Assembly: GCA_001785735.1 (NCBI GenBank)
Contig: MFUP01000014.1
Location: forward strand, 1-56,554
DNA: 56,554 nt
Source of the DNA: Candidatus Nomurabacteria bacterium RIFCSPLOWO2_01_FULL_33_24
GTDB lineage: Bacteria; Patescibacteriota; Minisyncoccia; Phycocordibacterales; MFUP01
Direction: 5' to 3'
The notes below the pieces were generated by a model. That model was not told the DNA's origin, did no database searches, and was given only the letters and a program-made list of their open reading frames with translations. Numbering within the stretch: the first letter of the stretch is position 1; the number at the start of each line of letters is the position of its first letter. The translations under genes were made by a program, and so were the position numbers. Below are positions 55,601 through 56,554 of this stretch, piece by piece.

Positions 55601-56554
55601 ATGAAAATATTTAATTTACAACTGAAAAATATTTTTATTATGATTGTTTTAGTGGTTATCTTAAGTGGTAGTTTTTTAATTCCATCAACTTTTGCCCAAA
55701 TCGCAAGAACCATAACACTTAATTCTGAAACTATCACTATTGTAGCCGGGCTTCCTAGGGTTACTATTTCAGGAACAATAACTGGATCTGACCCTCAAAA
55801 CTTAACTTTAATATTAACTTATTCTACCTCTTATTCTTATTCTTATCCTTCTTCTATTGTTAGTTTGACCCCTGACACCAGCGGAGTGTTTAGTCATTCT
55901 ATTACCAGTGGTTTGGCTTTAGGAACAACATATTATTATAAAATAGAAACAGCTGGATTTTCAAAAAATGATACATTTCACACCCTTGGAGGGGGAACAC
56001 CTCCTCCTCCTCATGCTGATGTTTACCAACTCTTAGCTCCCCTTCCTGATGTAAGTGGTGGTTTAGAAGAAATAGACACAAATGACCCGGCTGCTCTTGG
56101 AAAATATTTTAATCTTATTTTTAGTCTCTTTATTGGGGTCGCTTCTGTTTTGGCAGTTATCATGATTGTTATTGCTGGTATTCAATATATGTCTACTGAC
56201 GCTGTTACTGGTAAGGAGGAAGGGAAAAAAAAGATTCAAGACGCTATTTTGGGGTTAGTTCTTATTTTGGGAGCTTGGCTGATTTTACACACCATTAATC
56301 CAGATTTAGTCAATTTAAGTTTAGGGGTAGAGGGGGTAAGTATCGAAGTTGACGACACCCCTCAAGTGGCAATTGGCGGTCAATATTGCAGAAAAAGTGG
56401 TGGCCCTTATCAAGAGGGGTCTTCATGGACAAACACCCGTGGACTCATCCCAATATTACCAACAAGAGTTACTTTAAACCACGGAGGAGAAACAATTGGA
56501 GGAAATTGTACTACGGTTGGACAACCAAGTTGTACAAGCACGATAGGATTAGAC
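55601..56554 (+). CDS. T4SS-pilin-domain protein with N-terminal Ig/FN3-like domain, 3' end runs off the window
   Basis: Not in the ORF track. Manual translation: signal peptide, beta-rich domain (..GLALGTTYYYKIE..), PPPP linker, then YQLLAPLP..YFNLIF..VLAVIMIVIAGIQYM..GKKKIQDAILGLVLILGAWLILHTINPDLV, then a Cys-containing extension. Confidence 0.8.
   Translation, partial: MKIFNLQLKNIFIMIVLVVILSGSFLIPSTFAQIARTITLNSETITIVAGLPRVTISGTITGSDPQNLTLILTYSTSYSYSYPSSIVSLTPDTSGVFSHSITSGLALGTTYYYKIETAGFSKNDTFHTLGGGTPPPPHADVYQLLAPLPDVSGGLEEIDTNDPAALGKYFNLIFSLFIGVASVLAVIMIVIAGIQYMSTDAVTGKEEGKKKIQDAILGLVLILGAWLILHTINPDLVNLSLGVEGVSIEVDDTPQVAIGGQYCRKSGGPYQEGSSWTNTRGLIPILPTRVTLNHGGETIGGNCTTVGQPSCTSTIGLD

Noticed and set aside
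1..56554. CRISPR array, rRNA, IS transposase, prophage or alternative genetic code
   Set aside because: No spacer-separated repeats, rRNA-like blocks, transposase or phage structural genes were seen, and TGA serves as a stop (for example in purM).

Overview
AT-rich bacterial chromosome segment using genetic code 11, with almost no Shine-Dalgarno sites. The gene set points to Patescibacteria (CPR), most likely Parcubacteria; this is inferred from the FKBP-less trigger factor, the AWSDNIGW-type surface protein, the PrgI/VirB4/VirB6/pilin locus and Parcubacteria-style hypotheticals. From left to right: (i) a minus-strand surface-protein cluster dominated by a ~4,570-aa secreted protein in which disulfide-stapled Ig-like modules carry nested 'A..LA..IN' insert domains; (ii) nusA, a K+-independent H+-PPase, an ECF sigma/anti-sigma/secreted-protein operon, prs, tig-clpP, rny and HU; (iii) an accessory island ending at tRNA-Gly, containing a radical SAM gene with a TrmB-like regulator, a type IV pilin, and a GC-rich purM bracketed by two 87-bp inverted repeats; (iv) four tRNAs, yraN, a DnaA-box/parS cluster, cca, xth, a Xer-type recombinase, rpsO, an NYN protein, pnp, a dksA-like gene, comM, a LysM-M23 peptidase and rsmA; (v) the start of a Patescibacteria-type type IV secretion/pilin locus that runs off the right edge. 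The best candidates for something undescribed are the transposase-free purM cassette bounded by inverted repeats at tRNA-Gly, the nested-domain giant protein, a long G-U-rich RNA stem upstream of rny (6S-like candidate), and an ECF promoter built into a perfect palindrome. No database searches or folding programs were run; all calls come from reading motifs by eye.
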